In this document: positions 27,601-40,526 of the stretch, piece after piece | How the letters are laid out: each line of letters starts with the position of its first letter | Numbering within the stretch: the stretch's first letter is position 1 | Source of the DNA: Podarcis filfolensis | Taxonomy: Eukaryota | DNA: 64,000 nucleotides | Strand: one strand, 5' to 3' | NCBI GenBank assembly: GCA_964270895.1 | Contig: OZ185445.1 | Program-made: the position numbers and the translations under genes | Notes under the pieces: generated by a model | Seen by the model: only the letters and a program-made list of their open reading frames with translations | The model's database searches: none | Told to the model about the DNA's origin: nothing

Positions 27601-30600
27601 CCGGAGAACAGAGGAGCAAATGCCACTGCCTGCTTCCTTTTTGGCTCCCTGTTTGGCAAGCAAGCAGGTGGCAGTGAGGTGGAAGAGGAGAAGCAGCTGT
27701 AGCTGGTGATGGTGGTGGTGAGGAGAAGGGCCGAGGTGTCTTCACATCACTCCTGACCACTGGCAAGGCTGGCTGCAGTTGATGGGAGTTAAGGAGAGGA
27801 CATCTGAAGGACACCACACTGATGACACCTGCAGAACTACACCCTGGATTCAACTGGTCAATTCCTCCCTGCTTGATGTTATGAGCCACAATACAGACAG
27901 GAGGCTGCGCTTAGCCAAGTACCTTATCTATTGCCTCATGCTGCAGAAACTCAAAACAAATCCATGAAACCAGACTAGATCAAGCTTTGGATAGTCCACA
28001 GACCGACCTGTAACAAAGGCATAACCTTTTCTAAAACAGGCAGTAACTGGACTTGATGGGATGCAGGTTGTGGCTGGCACTCCCATAGACAACTTCAACC
28101 ATTCCTTGTACCTGTTAGAACCGTTATGGTTGTGTAAATGAATATATACACAGAGCATGCTCTATGTGAGCAGTAGGTGCTACTTTCCAAAGTTAAATAT
28201 TTGGGGAATGCCTAATCGGTTTTTCAAAGCAGCTATTACATCATAGTTTTGGCATCCAAATATTTCATTCTGCTGGTAAAAAAAAAGCTGAAAGTTTAAA
28301 GCTGCATGGAGCAATGTTTAGAAAACCAGATAAAGCTTTTTCCACAGACCAAAGTTGTATTCCAGCTATGTTTTGTTGACAGAAAACTGAAGTTTCTAAG
28401 ACAGTCTGCAGGCATATTTTTCAAAAATGTATATATGTGTGTTCACTATCAACAGCAAAGGTAGGTAATTCCTGCTGCTGCTGAAGTCCAACATAGCAAA
28501 ATTACACAGTACAGTTTCAAGGCTAATACTGTGCTTCCTCAAGGCTTGTTTTTGAGACTAACTTCTACAGCAATGTAAATCATTTAGTCCCAGTGAGAAC
28601 TTGAGACAGCAGTCATGCTGGTGGTCTAAAAAGAGCAGGCTGGCAGTACAGAGCTGGCATACTTCCTTCTTTCCAGCTTACGAATTCCACTGAAGACATT
28701 GAAAAATGCATTCCTTTACTAATAAGGTTTTTCCACACGCAAGCAATTGCTGTAGTTGGCAGAGGAACATTATACACATAAGAGGGAAGGTGGTATATGT
28801 GGTTATGAGTGGGAGAGAAGGTGGGACCTAAGACAGTCCCTTAGAAGATTGTGGTCCATAAGCAAAGAGATTTGAGGGCCCGGGACACAAATCTAGGTGG
28901 TAGGATTTCGTGCTATTTGCCAAGCTGTCAAAACTGAACTGATGATTAAAATGCTGTCCCCAAAACAGAAATGTATCTACAAAACTAGGCTGAGATGGCA
29001 AAACAGGAAACTCGGATTTAATGTTTATTCATGGACTTTAGGAAAGTAGCTACTTGGGCCACAGCTATTTAAGATGTGGAGCTAGGCTGCAATGAGACAG
29101 GAGGCACAGGTTGGGCTGTTCATTCTACCAACAATAAAAGCAGCTGATGTACAAGTCCAAAAGAAAAAGAGGCTCCAAATGCTCATCTCTTCTGGACAAT
29201 GCTGGTGACAGTCCAGATCAGTGGGTTTTCAAGTTGTATAAGCACCTCAGCCAACCTCAAGTGCTGTATGAAGCAGCTGGCTAAGAACTAGTAACTCTAT
29301 ACAGCCAGGAAGCAGTTTCTGCATATACTGTAGAGGAAAGTGAGGGGCAGATGGAGCCTGTCAACCTGGGAAGGTAGCCAATCGAGGAGAAGGAGACATC
29401 CTAAACCTCCACTGCCTTACGACTATACTCATTTGGGAGACTGGGAGTAAACCCTGAGAAAAAATCCATACCCACTGCCTTGCGGGACATCTTCAGAAGC
29501 CTACACAAATCTGGAGTGGAATCCCTAAGACGGTTGGATGGTGTCTTGTATTTGCTCTGCTTTCCTTTGGACCACATCAGCGAGGCTGAGAGAGGGTGTC
29601 TTGTTATCTGGGCAGCCCCAGAGAAATCACTTTGTTGCTGCTAATGCAATTACTGGTCTCTGCAGTCACAGCAGGTGCTGTGATTCTCCAGCAGTTTGAC
29701 TTCACCCCCAGCAGCGCACCCCATTGTCTCTTGAGACAAACAAATGCCAACAAGAGCCTTCCAGAGTCGTCTACACCAAACACTGTCTCTTCAAATAACT
29801 TGACAACTTTACTTTAAGAGCAGCAGCTGCTGCTGTTTGTTGCATATGCATACTTTCATTTTACATGCCTGTTAGCTGATAGGACAGGTTAACTGCTAAC
29901 TTCTCTGAATTTAGATAAACAGCTTGAGCTTGGCTGGCCCCTACCTTGTCATCACAAAGAGCAACAGCAGCCGCTCCCTCCCTGCAGTCTATGAAACAAA
30001 CACCCGCTTATGCATGGAGGCTGACATGCACGCAACCAATTCATTAATTGGCAGCCCTTTTCTCCTATTATTGTTTACACAAGTGATCTGGCAGCTTCAA
30101 GTCATAAAGACAGCTGACTAGTTCTAGTTATGTGCCCATTTTGACACAACAACAAACAGTCCTGTAGCCTCCATTAAGTCACCCGTTTTGCCTCTCCCTG
30201 CCCCCTGGCAAGCTCTTCATTAAACCAACAGACTGAAGTTTCAGGATGGACACCACTTCAAGCAGTAAGTGCCCCAACATGAATAGGGCAACCTAGTCCC
30301 TAGGTTTGGAGATGAGAAAACCCATTCCCACAGTCCCAGAACAAACTGGTGGGGCATGTGTAAATATACTTGCTTTCCAGTAAGATAATAGCTACATTGC
30401 TTTGTTGTACTAAAAAAAGTATTTGTGTACTTCAACAGTAATGGTTTAAAACCCATGGGGCTTACTTCAGAGTAGGCCTGCAAAAAGATTGGGCCTTCTA
30501 ATCTGAGGTTGCCATGGTGACAACTGAGCACAAAAATAAGGAACCCGCTGTATAACAACAGACACAAATAGAAAAAACGGGTCCAGGCCAGCATACAAAG

Positions 30601-32524
30601 ACAATGCATGGCAAGCAAAGTACAATGGATTGTATTAGTCACAATGTACCCACTATTACAAGGCATGTAGTACATACAAGTGGCACTCCAGAATCATCAA
30701 AATAAGTACAATACTATAATTAATGATATATTTTTATATATCTTTGACGCAAGAAAATTCTTGGAAGTGGCAGAGCAGCTGTAGCAAACAGGACTGAAGC
30801 CCGGCGATCCCAGTTTCAAAGAGAAACTCCAGCCTGTGAAGTTAACAAGGTCCCACATTGGGTTGAGGCGCTTGCTGCGTGCTGGCTAGCAGAGCCTAAA
30901 AGGTCACCCACCCCTGGCCTAAGAAGTACTTGCATTACGAACTGAAGTAATAATGTGATGCATTTCTAGCCTGCTAGCAGAAAAGTGATGACAGAAATCA
31001 CTACATGTGGAAAATGCTTACAGCAGTGCCTGCCATAGAGATGCAAATGCCAAGGCCCCTGTAACATGCAGCCTGGCCCTGAGCAAAGGGAGGAACATTC
31101 ATAAATTAGCAGCATGGCAGTTGAATTTCTCCACTATCATTTTTGTCGTCCTCTGAAGGCTGCTGTTTCCTTAGGTATCAGATGCTTTTACCTTTGGTGG
31201 TCTCTGCTTAAAAGTGCCTTTAATTTGCTAAATTAGAATACCCCCACAGCTCCCTTCGAGATGTGTTTATAGAATGTGGTTAAGCTTTCACTCATAATGA
31301 AAACACAGCCTCTTCACCACATACATCCTGAGCACTGTGTTCCTCCCACTCTCTGGTGAAATGCTCCACTTCTGCCACATGCACCACCTTTTAGAAGAAG
31401 CCACAGACCCAAGTGGAAGCAGAGAATGAACTGCTTTTGGAAAGGCATTTACAAATGTTGCAGCAAGCAGAGGTTGCAGTCAAATGGATTTTGGGAGTCA
31501 CTGTTAATACTCTAGAAGATCTGATCACAAGAGGAACAGTGGTAAGCAAGTAATTCTTTCCAGCCATGACAAGGGGAGTGTTATTTCTCCCTCCCCAAAT
31601 GTTGTTTTGTCACAGTCTACATCATGCAACCCGAAGGAGGGCGATCAGTAATTTCATGTGGGTGACAAGCAGAGAAGAAATGGGGAAAGCTAGAAGGAGG
31701 AAGTGTTCAATAGCAAAGGAGGTGCCTTGCACCATTTTGGCTCCAACTCTGTCCACTGCCCTCAACAGACCTAACCCAATCCAACCCAACCCTGCCTTAT
31801 AGCAAATTCTGGTGACTTGGCCTCCAGAGATTCCTTTGCTCTACATGTGTCTAATTCACAAAGGAAGTACCTTCTCTCCTGTGCTAGGGACCCTATTTTT
31901 CTAGCATCTCATCCAGTCTGATTGTACAGGAATAAAGTAAGCTAATCTATGGAATCTACAGGATGAAGGGTGGTATACAAATATTTTGAACAAACACTGA
32001 TGAGATATGTTCTCATGAGTCTCTTACATGAAGGTAGGAAAGGGGGCAGTTTATCATCTGCTTATAAAACTGGATCTCAGTGTGAACTTAACATTTATAG
32101 CCTGTTTAGATTTTTCAGAACTCTTTTCTGATGGGGATTGAGTGAAAGGCAGAACTTTGGGGAGAAAATGAATGTGTGTAGGGGACTGGGCCCAGATTAA
32201 GGGGTGTACAAGATAATGTTTTAGCTTTCAAGCTTTTCTTAAGAATTAATCCAATGTGGTTTTAGGCCCTTCTCTATAGCACCATAGGGGTTACAAACAA
32301 ACCAAAAGCAGAACTACTGGAGACAGTGCGTCAGACCATGCCTGCTGTTTACAGCCACGATTCTGGAGAACCATTAATCCTTTATATATTTTTTTAACTT
32401 GAAGAGGTCATATATTTTAGGGAAGCTTTTCATATCTGAAGGACTATTGTATTTTAATATTTTGTTGGAAGCTGCCAAGAGTGGCTGGGGAAACCCAGCC
32501 AGATGGGCGGGGTATAAATAATAA

Positions 32525-32575
<51 letters not shown>

Positions 32576-35500
32576 TGTTGTTGTTGTTGCTGTTGTTGCT
32601 GTTGTTATTTCATAAGCACATCTTTTGCAATGACAACCATGGCAGGTAATTTTACTTAAGTATAAATAGTGTTGAAATGAATAGGCATTGTGTGTACACA
32701 GTCACTGTCAGCCTGTATACCCAACTGCAGCTGCTGTAGCACTGCATATAGGCTGTAGTGTGCTAAAGAACTCATGGGGCACTCCAGGCAGAATGATAAA
32801 GATAATGCAAAGCCACTTCATGAATTAGGTCCAGAAACACACTTAGTGCAGAGCTGCATGTAAGAGCTTCATGCTATTGCTTTGAAGAGTAAGATGAGTA
32901 TTCATTGTCAGTTACATATACTTCACCTCATTTTAGGACAAGGGTAGAAACCTATGGCCCACCAAAGGCTGTTGGACTACAATTCCCATCAGCCCCAGCC
33001 AGCATAAACAATGGTCAAGGATGATGGGATCTATAGGGCAGGTGAGTGAGTCTTTCACACACTGTTCTCTCGCTCTAATATAAAACATCCTACATTTACA
33101 TGACATATTTATTTAGTTTATTTTACAATTTATATGCTTACGTGTAACAGTAACTCTTGGGGCAGCTAATAAAATATTAACATAATTGCTAAATGCTTTT
33201 ATTAGGAAGCTGTGCAGATAGAGCAATTCAAATTATAATGTGGGCAATTGAGTAAAATAAAAGCTTGCCACTGCTATTTGGCCAAAGAAGAAGGAACCAA
33301 AAATGTTAGATGCTTTGTCTTTCCCAAAAGACAAAAGCTGCTGCTAGCAGGGTTGCAAAGGTATTTATAAGCGTGTTTTTTAAGAGTTTAAAATATTTAG
33401 GCCAAGATCCACCCATCCAAGAGAGCATATGCAACTGCTGCCCACTCTTCTCTATTTAAAATCAAAGATAGCTGCAATGACAGGTTATAATGGATTGTAT
33501 TCAACTGACTTTTACTTGGAGTAGACAGATTTAGGAAAGGTGAGATATAAATGTAGTGAATAAATAACCACTGCTCCACCCACTTTTGCCTCTGGCCCAC
33601 AGAAAGCTTCCCATGAGGGAATACAGCTCTGTGTTTGAAAAAGGTTCCCAACTTGCCTGAAAAGGAAAACATTCGGTTTTCATTCCCTCAGCTCTGAGTA
33701 GAAATAAATGCATGTGGGGTGCTGTTCCCTTAAACCGCAAAAATGACTGCAAGCGGTATTAAAAGTGGCCTTATGTTTCTTATTTGTAATTATTAACAGC
33801 AAGAAAGCTGTAGTTTTAAGAGCATTTTCTGCAAAGATGAAGAGGCTGTGTTTGTCAGACCACATAGTTCTTTGGGAGAGGGCTGGATATAGCACACCAA
33901 AATTGCTTTCAGTGACAATAATGCAACAAGTCAGCTCTCCACCTCCAGCACCAAGACTTCTAATTCCAGAAGAAAATAGGTTCATCCTATATTGACACAG
34001 GAAATCCAGAACTACAACAGTTATCCAGCCTCTGCTTGCAGACCTTGAGTGAGGGGCAGCCCAACAGCCCTCTAGGCAACTGGTTCCACTACTGAACGGC
34101 TCCTGTAGCTTAAGCCCAGGCATGGCCAAACTTGGCCCTCCAGCTGTTTTAGGACTACAACTCCCATCATCCCTAGCTAACAGAACCAGTGGTCAGGGAT
34201 GATGGAAATTGTAGTCCCAAAACAGCTGGAGGGCCAAGTTTGGCCATGCCTGGCTTAAGCCTATTAGATCAAGTCCTGCCATCGGGGGCACCTATTCTAT
34301 GTGACAACCCTTTGGGTCTTCTACAGCCCCACCCCATAGCCTTCTCAAGACAAAACATGCCCAGTTCCTTAAACATTTCCACACCCCTGAATATCTTTGT
34401 TGCATTTCCTGAACCTATTCCTAATTGAAATATCCCATTTTTAAAGTGCAGTGCCCAGAACTGGATACAGTACTCCAGAGGATGTCTGACTGATGCAGAA
34501 TAAAGTAGAACTTCTACTTCCTGTGACTAGGAAACTATGGCCTTCAAGTTGAAACAAGGCAGACTCCTAAGGCACCATGGGAGAGCATCATAAGCTATTT
34601 TCTGCTAGGGAAAGTGCAAATGAGGAAAATGTAAAAGCTTTCCGTGCGCTGTCCATCAGTCACACATGAAAACAGATTATTATTACTATTATTAAGTTGT
34701 ATACTACACTTTATCTGAAGATCACAAAGCAGATCACAACATAAAAATACAAGATGAGAACATAAAATATATAATCAAACACAAACCAATAACCCCCTTC
34801 CCACAAACACGTTTAAAAGGCCATAGAACATGGGTAGGCAAACTAAGGCCCGGGGGCCAGATCTGGCCCAATCGCCTTCTGAATCTGGCCCGCGGACAGT
34901 AAGGGAATCAGTGTCTTTTTACATGAGTAGAATGTGTGCTTTTATTTAAAATGCATCTCTGGGTTATTTGTGGGGCATAGGAATTCGTTCATTCCCACCC
35001 CCACAAAAAAAAATAGTCCGACCCCCCACAAGGTCTGAGGGACAGTGGACTGGCCCCCTGCTGAAAAAGTTTGCTGACCCCTGCCATAGAATATTCAATC
35101 AGCCAAAGGCCTGGCTATAGAAAACGTTTTTGCCTGGTGCTCACACAAAGAAAAGGATAACAAAAATGTTACATGTGCAGTTACATGCACAATTTGTACA
35201 TGGTTTTCCTACACAAGTACTGTTTTAAAAAGTCATCATGCAGAAAACGAAGACCTAGAATATTTATGTACTCTTTATAAATCAGTGCAAAAACTAGGTC
35301 TTGTGTTGCTCAGTGATTGGCTTTGAACCAGCAATTAGACAGAACGTAACCACTGTGATATATTTTATGCATGTGGAAGTAGTAAATGATCATTATTCAG
35401 AGTTGCCTCCTCAAGCACTTCAAATAAGACTAAAACATGGTTTATAGGCTCTAAGAAGTAATGCTTATTACCATTAGACAAAGATTACAGTACGGAAATA

Positions 35501-38500
35501 GATACAGATCTCTGTTTCACTTAGGGCCAAAAGAGACATGACACGGCGGAGCCATGATTGCATCTCTCTCTTTTAAAGGAACACTTAAAAGCAGCTGCTT
35601 GGGGCTCAATTTTACTCAGAGAAGTTGTGCTTAGGGACGTGGTTTTCAGTTTTGTTTAAAATGCCCCACAAGCTACTGTTACATCTTACTTTTGAGCAGG
35701 ATGGGGGAAATATATTCTTTCATTCAAGGAAAAAGAAATCTAGACAGCCTAGAGAGATGTGGCCATCTATCTCTTTGGCAATTCCCATGCCTTCAGGTTA
35801 ATAGCAAACCTGTCGAGTCTTCGAACATCTAAATTGAAGGGGCAGCTAAAGATTGACAGAATTACACCAGAGCTGCTTCTGGGGTTGGGAGGAATCCCCA
35901 TTAGCAAATAAGATGGCTTCTTTCTGCAAAAACTAGGGACACAATGGGTGCCTGGATTGCCAACATCATGTTAATATTTTGGCACATGTTACAAGCACAA
36001 AACCATAGATAAAGGTGTAAAATTCCAACGAATGCGTGGATTAAATTAAAGATTGCCACATCCTATATCAAAAATGTCATTTGCCTCTTGTGCAGATCAA
36101 ATCCACTAACAGCTCATTTCAGCAAATGCTTCACCTCTGTTCCTCTTCAATATACTGGGAACAGTGAGGGAAAAGGCCACTTTCGATGCAGCTTGTGGCA
36201 TTTTGTTGCATGTCCCACTTATATTGGGTTTGTGGGCAGCGTGTGAAAAAAAGGAAAGAAGCCACACAGTGTAACCTTATATACTTCCTTTTTAGCTCTC
36301 AGAGGAGAAGAGAGATTTCTCTACTCAGTCCTGCTTCTTCTTTCTAAGAACACTGATTTACATGCCATGGTGGGGGAGCAAACTGGGCTCCTTCACACAA
36401 CTTTATCTACATGGTTCAAAAATGCTAAGTTTTTAAATTTACTAATATTCCAGTAGGAATCATTACACAACAGGAGATGAGGCACTGGTGCCCCATAGAG
36501 CTTATCCCCCCCCTCCCATGCGCAGGAAAAACAAAATTATTAAAATTCACCATGTATGTAAATTTGCATAATTTAGAGTTGCCATATTTCAAAAAGTGAA
36601 AATCCGGACACAAAGCTTGTTGAGCTTTTGTTTTAAAAAAGAGACTGCCCACATGGGTTGCCATACATCTGGATTTTCCTGGGCATTTTGCCGATTTATG
36701 CCTGGACACTGCTTCCGACTGCAGTATTCCAGGAAATTCTGGATGTATGGCAACCCTAAACAACTCACAAGCTATTTCTGATACAGCAAAAATGGAAATC
36801 CCAGGGGATTTCTCCTAGCAATCCCATGAAATTACACCTGCATGAGTCTAGAGCAACTATTTGGTGGAGGAGTAACAAAGAAAGAGCACAAAGACCCAGC
36901 ATCCCATTTAACAGATACAGTGGTACCTCGGGTTGCATACGCTTCAGGTTACATACGCTTCAGGTTACAGACTCTGCTAGCCCAGAAATATTACCTTGGG
37001 TTAAGAACTTTGCTTCAGGATGAGAACAGCACGGCAGCAGCTGGAGGCCCCATTAGCTAAAGTGGTGCTTCAGGTTAAGAACAGTTTCAGGTTAAGAACG
37101 GACCTCCGGAACGAATTAAGTACTTAACCTGAGGTACCACTGTACTGGGAAATTAAACTTCATTGACTGGAGGCACAATGTAGGCCTGTCTTGCTTCCAA
37201 TTTGCCAACTGCTTTGAGGTTGTTGTTGTTGTTTTTTACAATCAAGTAGTATGTAAATTTTATGAAATAAATAAAGTAATACAGTGGAAAGGGAGTCTTT
37301 ATCAGGGCATATAATCCCAAAGACTTTGGCTGGTTTTATGCTCCCCAAAGATTTCAGCTCATGTCTTGTGTACGTGGTTGACAGGAGAGGACCTCAGTTT
37401 AGAGAAAACATGCATTGTTGAAAGCATTAGTACTGCTCCCTAGGCCCAAATGATGGATCAACCCCCAACCACAAATGTTTCGCTGGGTCAGACTGAAGAC
37501 CTACCTGGTTCAACATTCTCTTGCCAGCATCAGCCAGCCAGATGCTTCTGTGTACTCAGCAAGTAGGACATAAAAGTGACAACCTTTTCCTAACATGTAT
37601 CCTCCATGTTAACTCCCAAATTAACTTCAAGGATCTGTTTACAGAGTCCTGTTAGCAACAGAGAACAGATGTATCTGTCTGAAAAAAGATCGGACCTGGC
37701 TTGCAGCTTACTTATGGAGAGCAAGAATTGCTGCCAGTCAGGCAAAGGAGGGAGGTTTGGGTGGATAAGTATGGATAATGGGTTCTTTTTTTTCTTCTCC
37801 CCAGTTCCCCCATCCAGGCTGCTAACATACTGCAAATTACTTCATCAGTATGTATGTTAAGACTAGCTACAAAATATGGCATAGCAACCTTTGGACTAAA
37901 AGGTGCATGTATGGCCCAAATCTTCAAGACCCTAGCAAGACATGGGACAGCAACACATTTGCTCTGTCTTACTGGCTTCCATGGGCAGCTGGGAGATTTG
38001 CATCCCCTCCCCTTTCTTTTATTGCTTTATTTGTAAGTTAAGGGTTCATGGCAGCTCAGAGCAATGTTGTTTTGCTTATCTTAAGACATATATATAAACA
38101 ATCTCAATGATAAAACAGGGTTATCTACCAACCTTCCTGATAACATGCTGCCATATAGAACCCATTGGGTGTGTAACAGGAGTATTTATTTAAATTGCTA
38201 GGCAACAAGTTTAAAGGAGACTTAAACATAGTTTAAGTCTGTAAGCAATTCTGTAGCAAAGGGATCATGTCAACACAATGCAAACGGCGCAGATTACGGT
38301 TAAGCCCCATGTAAATATCTGCTCCAAAACCCAGCAAACAGCTTATATGCAGACAACTGCCTGTGAACGTATTTGGTCCAACATGAGTCTCGTATTCCAG
38401 GTACAGTTTATTTGCTGACTGCTACCTTCTTCATGAACTATATAAGACCATGTAGCCCTGTCTCCTGGGATACCCCTACAAGGACAGCAAGTCATGAATC

Positions 38501-40461
38501 ACCTCTATATAGGATTTTTATTTTTCCGCGCTTTGGCTGGGTTGGGGAAGGGATAGGCCATTTTCAATAAATGCAAATGCTAAAAGACACGACAACAGCT
38601 GCATTTTCATAGGCAAAGGACAAGTCCAATTTCCACGTCAAGTAAATCTTTCCACTCCTGAGTCAGTAAGATTCAGGGCAGCTGCCCAGCTAACCAGAAG
38701 TTAGATTCCAAACAAGAACGGGGAAGGGATCAAAATCCACATCATAAAACCAACTTTATTTACCTTAAAATCTTGCTAATGTTTCCCCTTTAAAAGCGTT
38801 TCTTCAGAAATTAGATTTTTAAAAAATCTTTTTTTTTTAAGGTCAATTTTGCATTTTATTCTTCAGTTGTTGCCCCCATTATACCAGTCAAAGAATAGAC
38901 TACATTCTCTCAACTGTCCACAAGGGAATAAACATGAATCACTCCCTTCAGTCAGTTCTCTCTAAATAGATGCAACCCCTTGCCGTCAGCCACTTGTGCC
39001 CTGTAAGGAAGCAAAGGGGAGGGAAATGGACTATCATTAGCTCACTCCATTAAAGCAACCTTCACTCATTAGTTGTCAGCCTTCAGTATTCTCAAGGCAT
39101 GTTAGCGTGCAATTTTATAAATTCTTTCCAGATAACTGATAACAGAATATCTGCGAACATTCAATAGTCAAAATAAAAACCAGCCCATAAGCGCCTTTGC
39201 TAGTTTCTTCACTTTGCCACTTAGCTCCTCACCAGTCTGCCAAACAGATTGACCTGGCTGAGAGTTGTGCAAGAGCTTACCCTTTCAAAATGACTCAAGT
39301 CCAAACCCTATGGAAGCGAGTTGAAAAGGAGAGGGTTGGTCTGAGTTCCCGCCGCTCCCCCGCCCCCCGGCCCACTTCCCAAGGATTACTTTGCACACGA
39401 CTACGTAGCTACAAAAATGTCACTTTCATGTAGAAAGCAAGCGAATTTTGTTAGAATCATAGAATCAAAGAATTGTAGAGTTGGAAGGGACCCCAAGAGC
39501 CATCTAGTCCAATTCCCTGCAAAGCAGGAATGTTAGTAGTGAGTGACATGCGTGTATGTGAAAACTGACAGATGGGTAAACTCACTGCTGAAACCACAAC
39601 ACTGGAGCTATGGATATTGCTAGCCATGGATATTTGCACACACAATATATTATTAAGGTTACAAGTCTCAACTGAATTAACTGATTAATTAAGGGAGCAT
39701 CCAAAGCATTTTAGAAAACGAATGGATTGACAGAAACACACAAGTACATCAGCTAAGCAAGCTGTGGCGTTGCTTGGTCACACATAAGTAACTCGGGATA
39801 TGTCAGCCAACAGTGGAAGGGACTCAAGAGCAGAGGATTAAACAGCTCAGCCTCTCCAGACAGAGATTACTCCTAGTTGTGAGCACATTTATCCTAGCAT
39901 GTCACCTCCCTTGAAAAGGGGACACAACAGATGAAACTTCTTCAGCTCAACTGACACATCTCCAGATATTTCTAATGAGTAGAAGTAAGTCAGCAAACAT
40001 GCAAGGGAGATGTGTGGGTGCGTCCCCACTGTTGCTGTCAAAACCTATCACCCTAATGACCACCTCCAGGTATAAAAAAAAAAGGTCTTAAATGCTTTTC
40101 TAAGACCACAATTCAAATCTAAATTGCCTGTTACAGCAGCATCAGTGTTACTGGAAAGGGAGGGGCAAAAGGAATTAACACTCTGACACAGACTGTGGCC
40201 GTTACAATCCTGGGCTTGTGGTTCAGCAAGCTGATTTAAGTAACTGACAAACTGTGGGATCTACCTGAAGGCCAGAACAGACACTCCTGCAGAAAAGAAG
40301 CTGCAACTTACTGCAATCTGGAAGAAGTTAAGAGGTATAGTTTGAAGTGAATGGCAATGGGCTCAGGAGAGTCTGGGGAAACTCTATTGGTTCCTCCAGT
40401 CATCCTGACAGAGCTGTAATCTAGTTGCCAATGTGGTGGCTGTACTGGTTGGGTTTTGTTT

Positions 40462-40526
<65 letters not shown>

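Noticed and set aside
29330-29620. Segment resembling the 5' region of a lizard non-LTR retroelement
   Set aside because: Only loosely recalled, with no TSD, tail or ORF to define boundaries or family. Not supportable without a database search.
32525-32606. Regular repeat array (possible CRISPR-like or functional array)
   Set aside because: A simple trinucleotide tail of a LINE 3' end in eukaryotic DNA, with no spacers.
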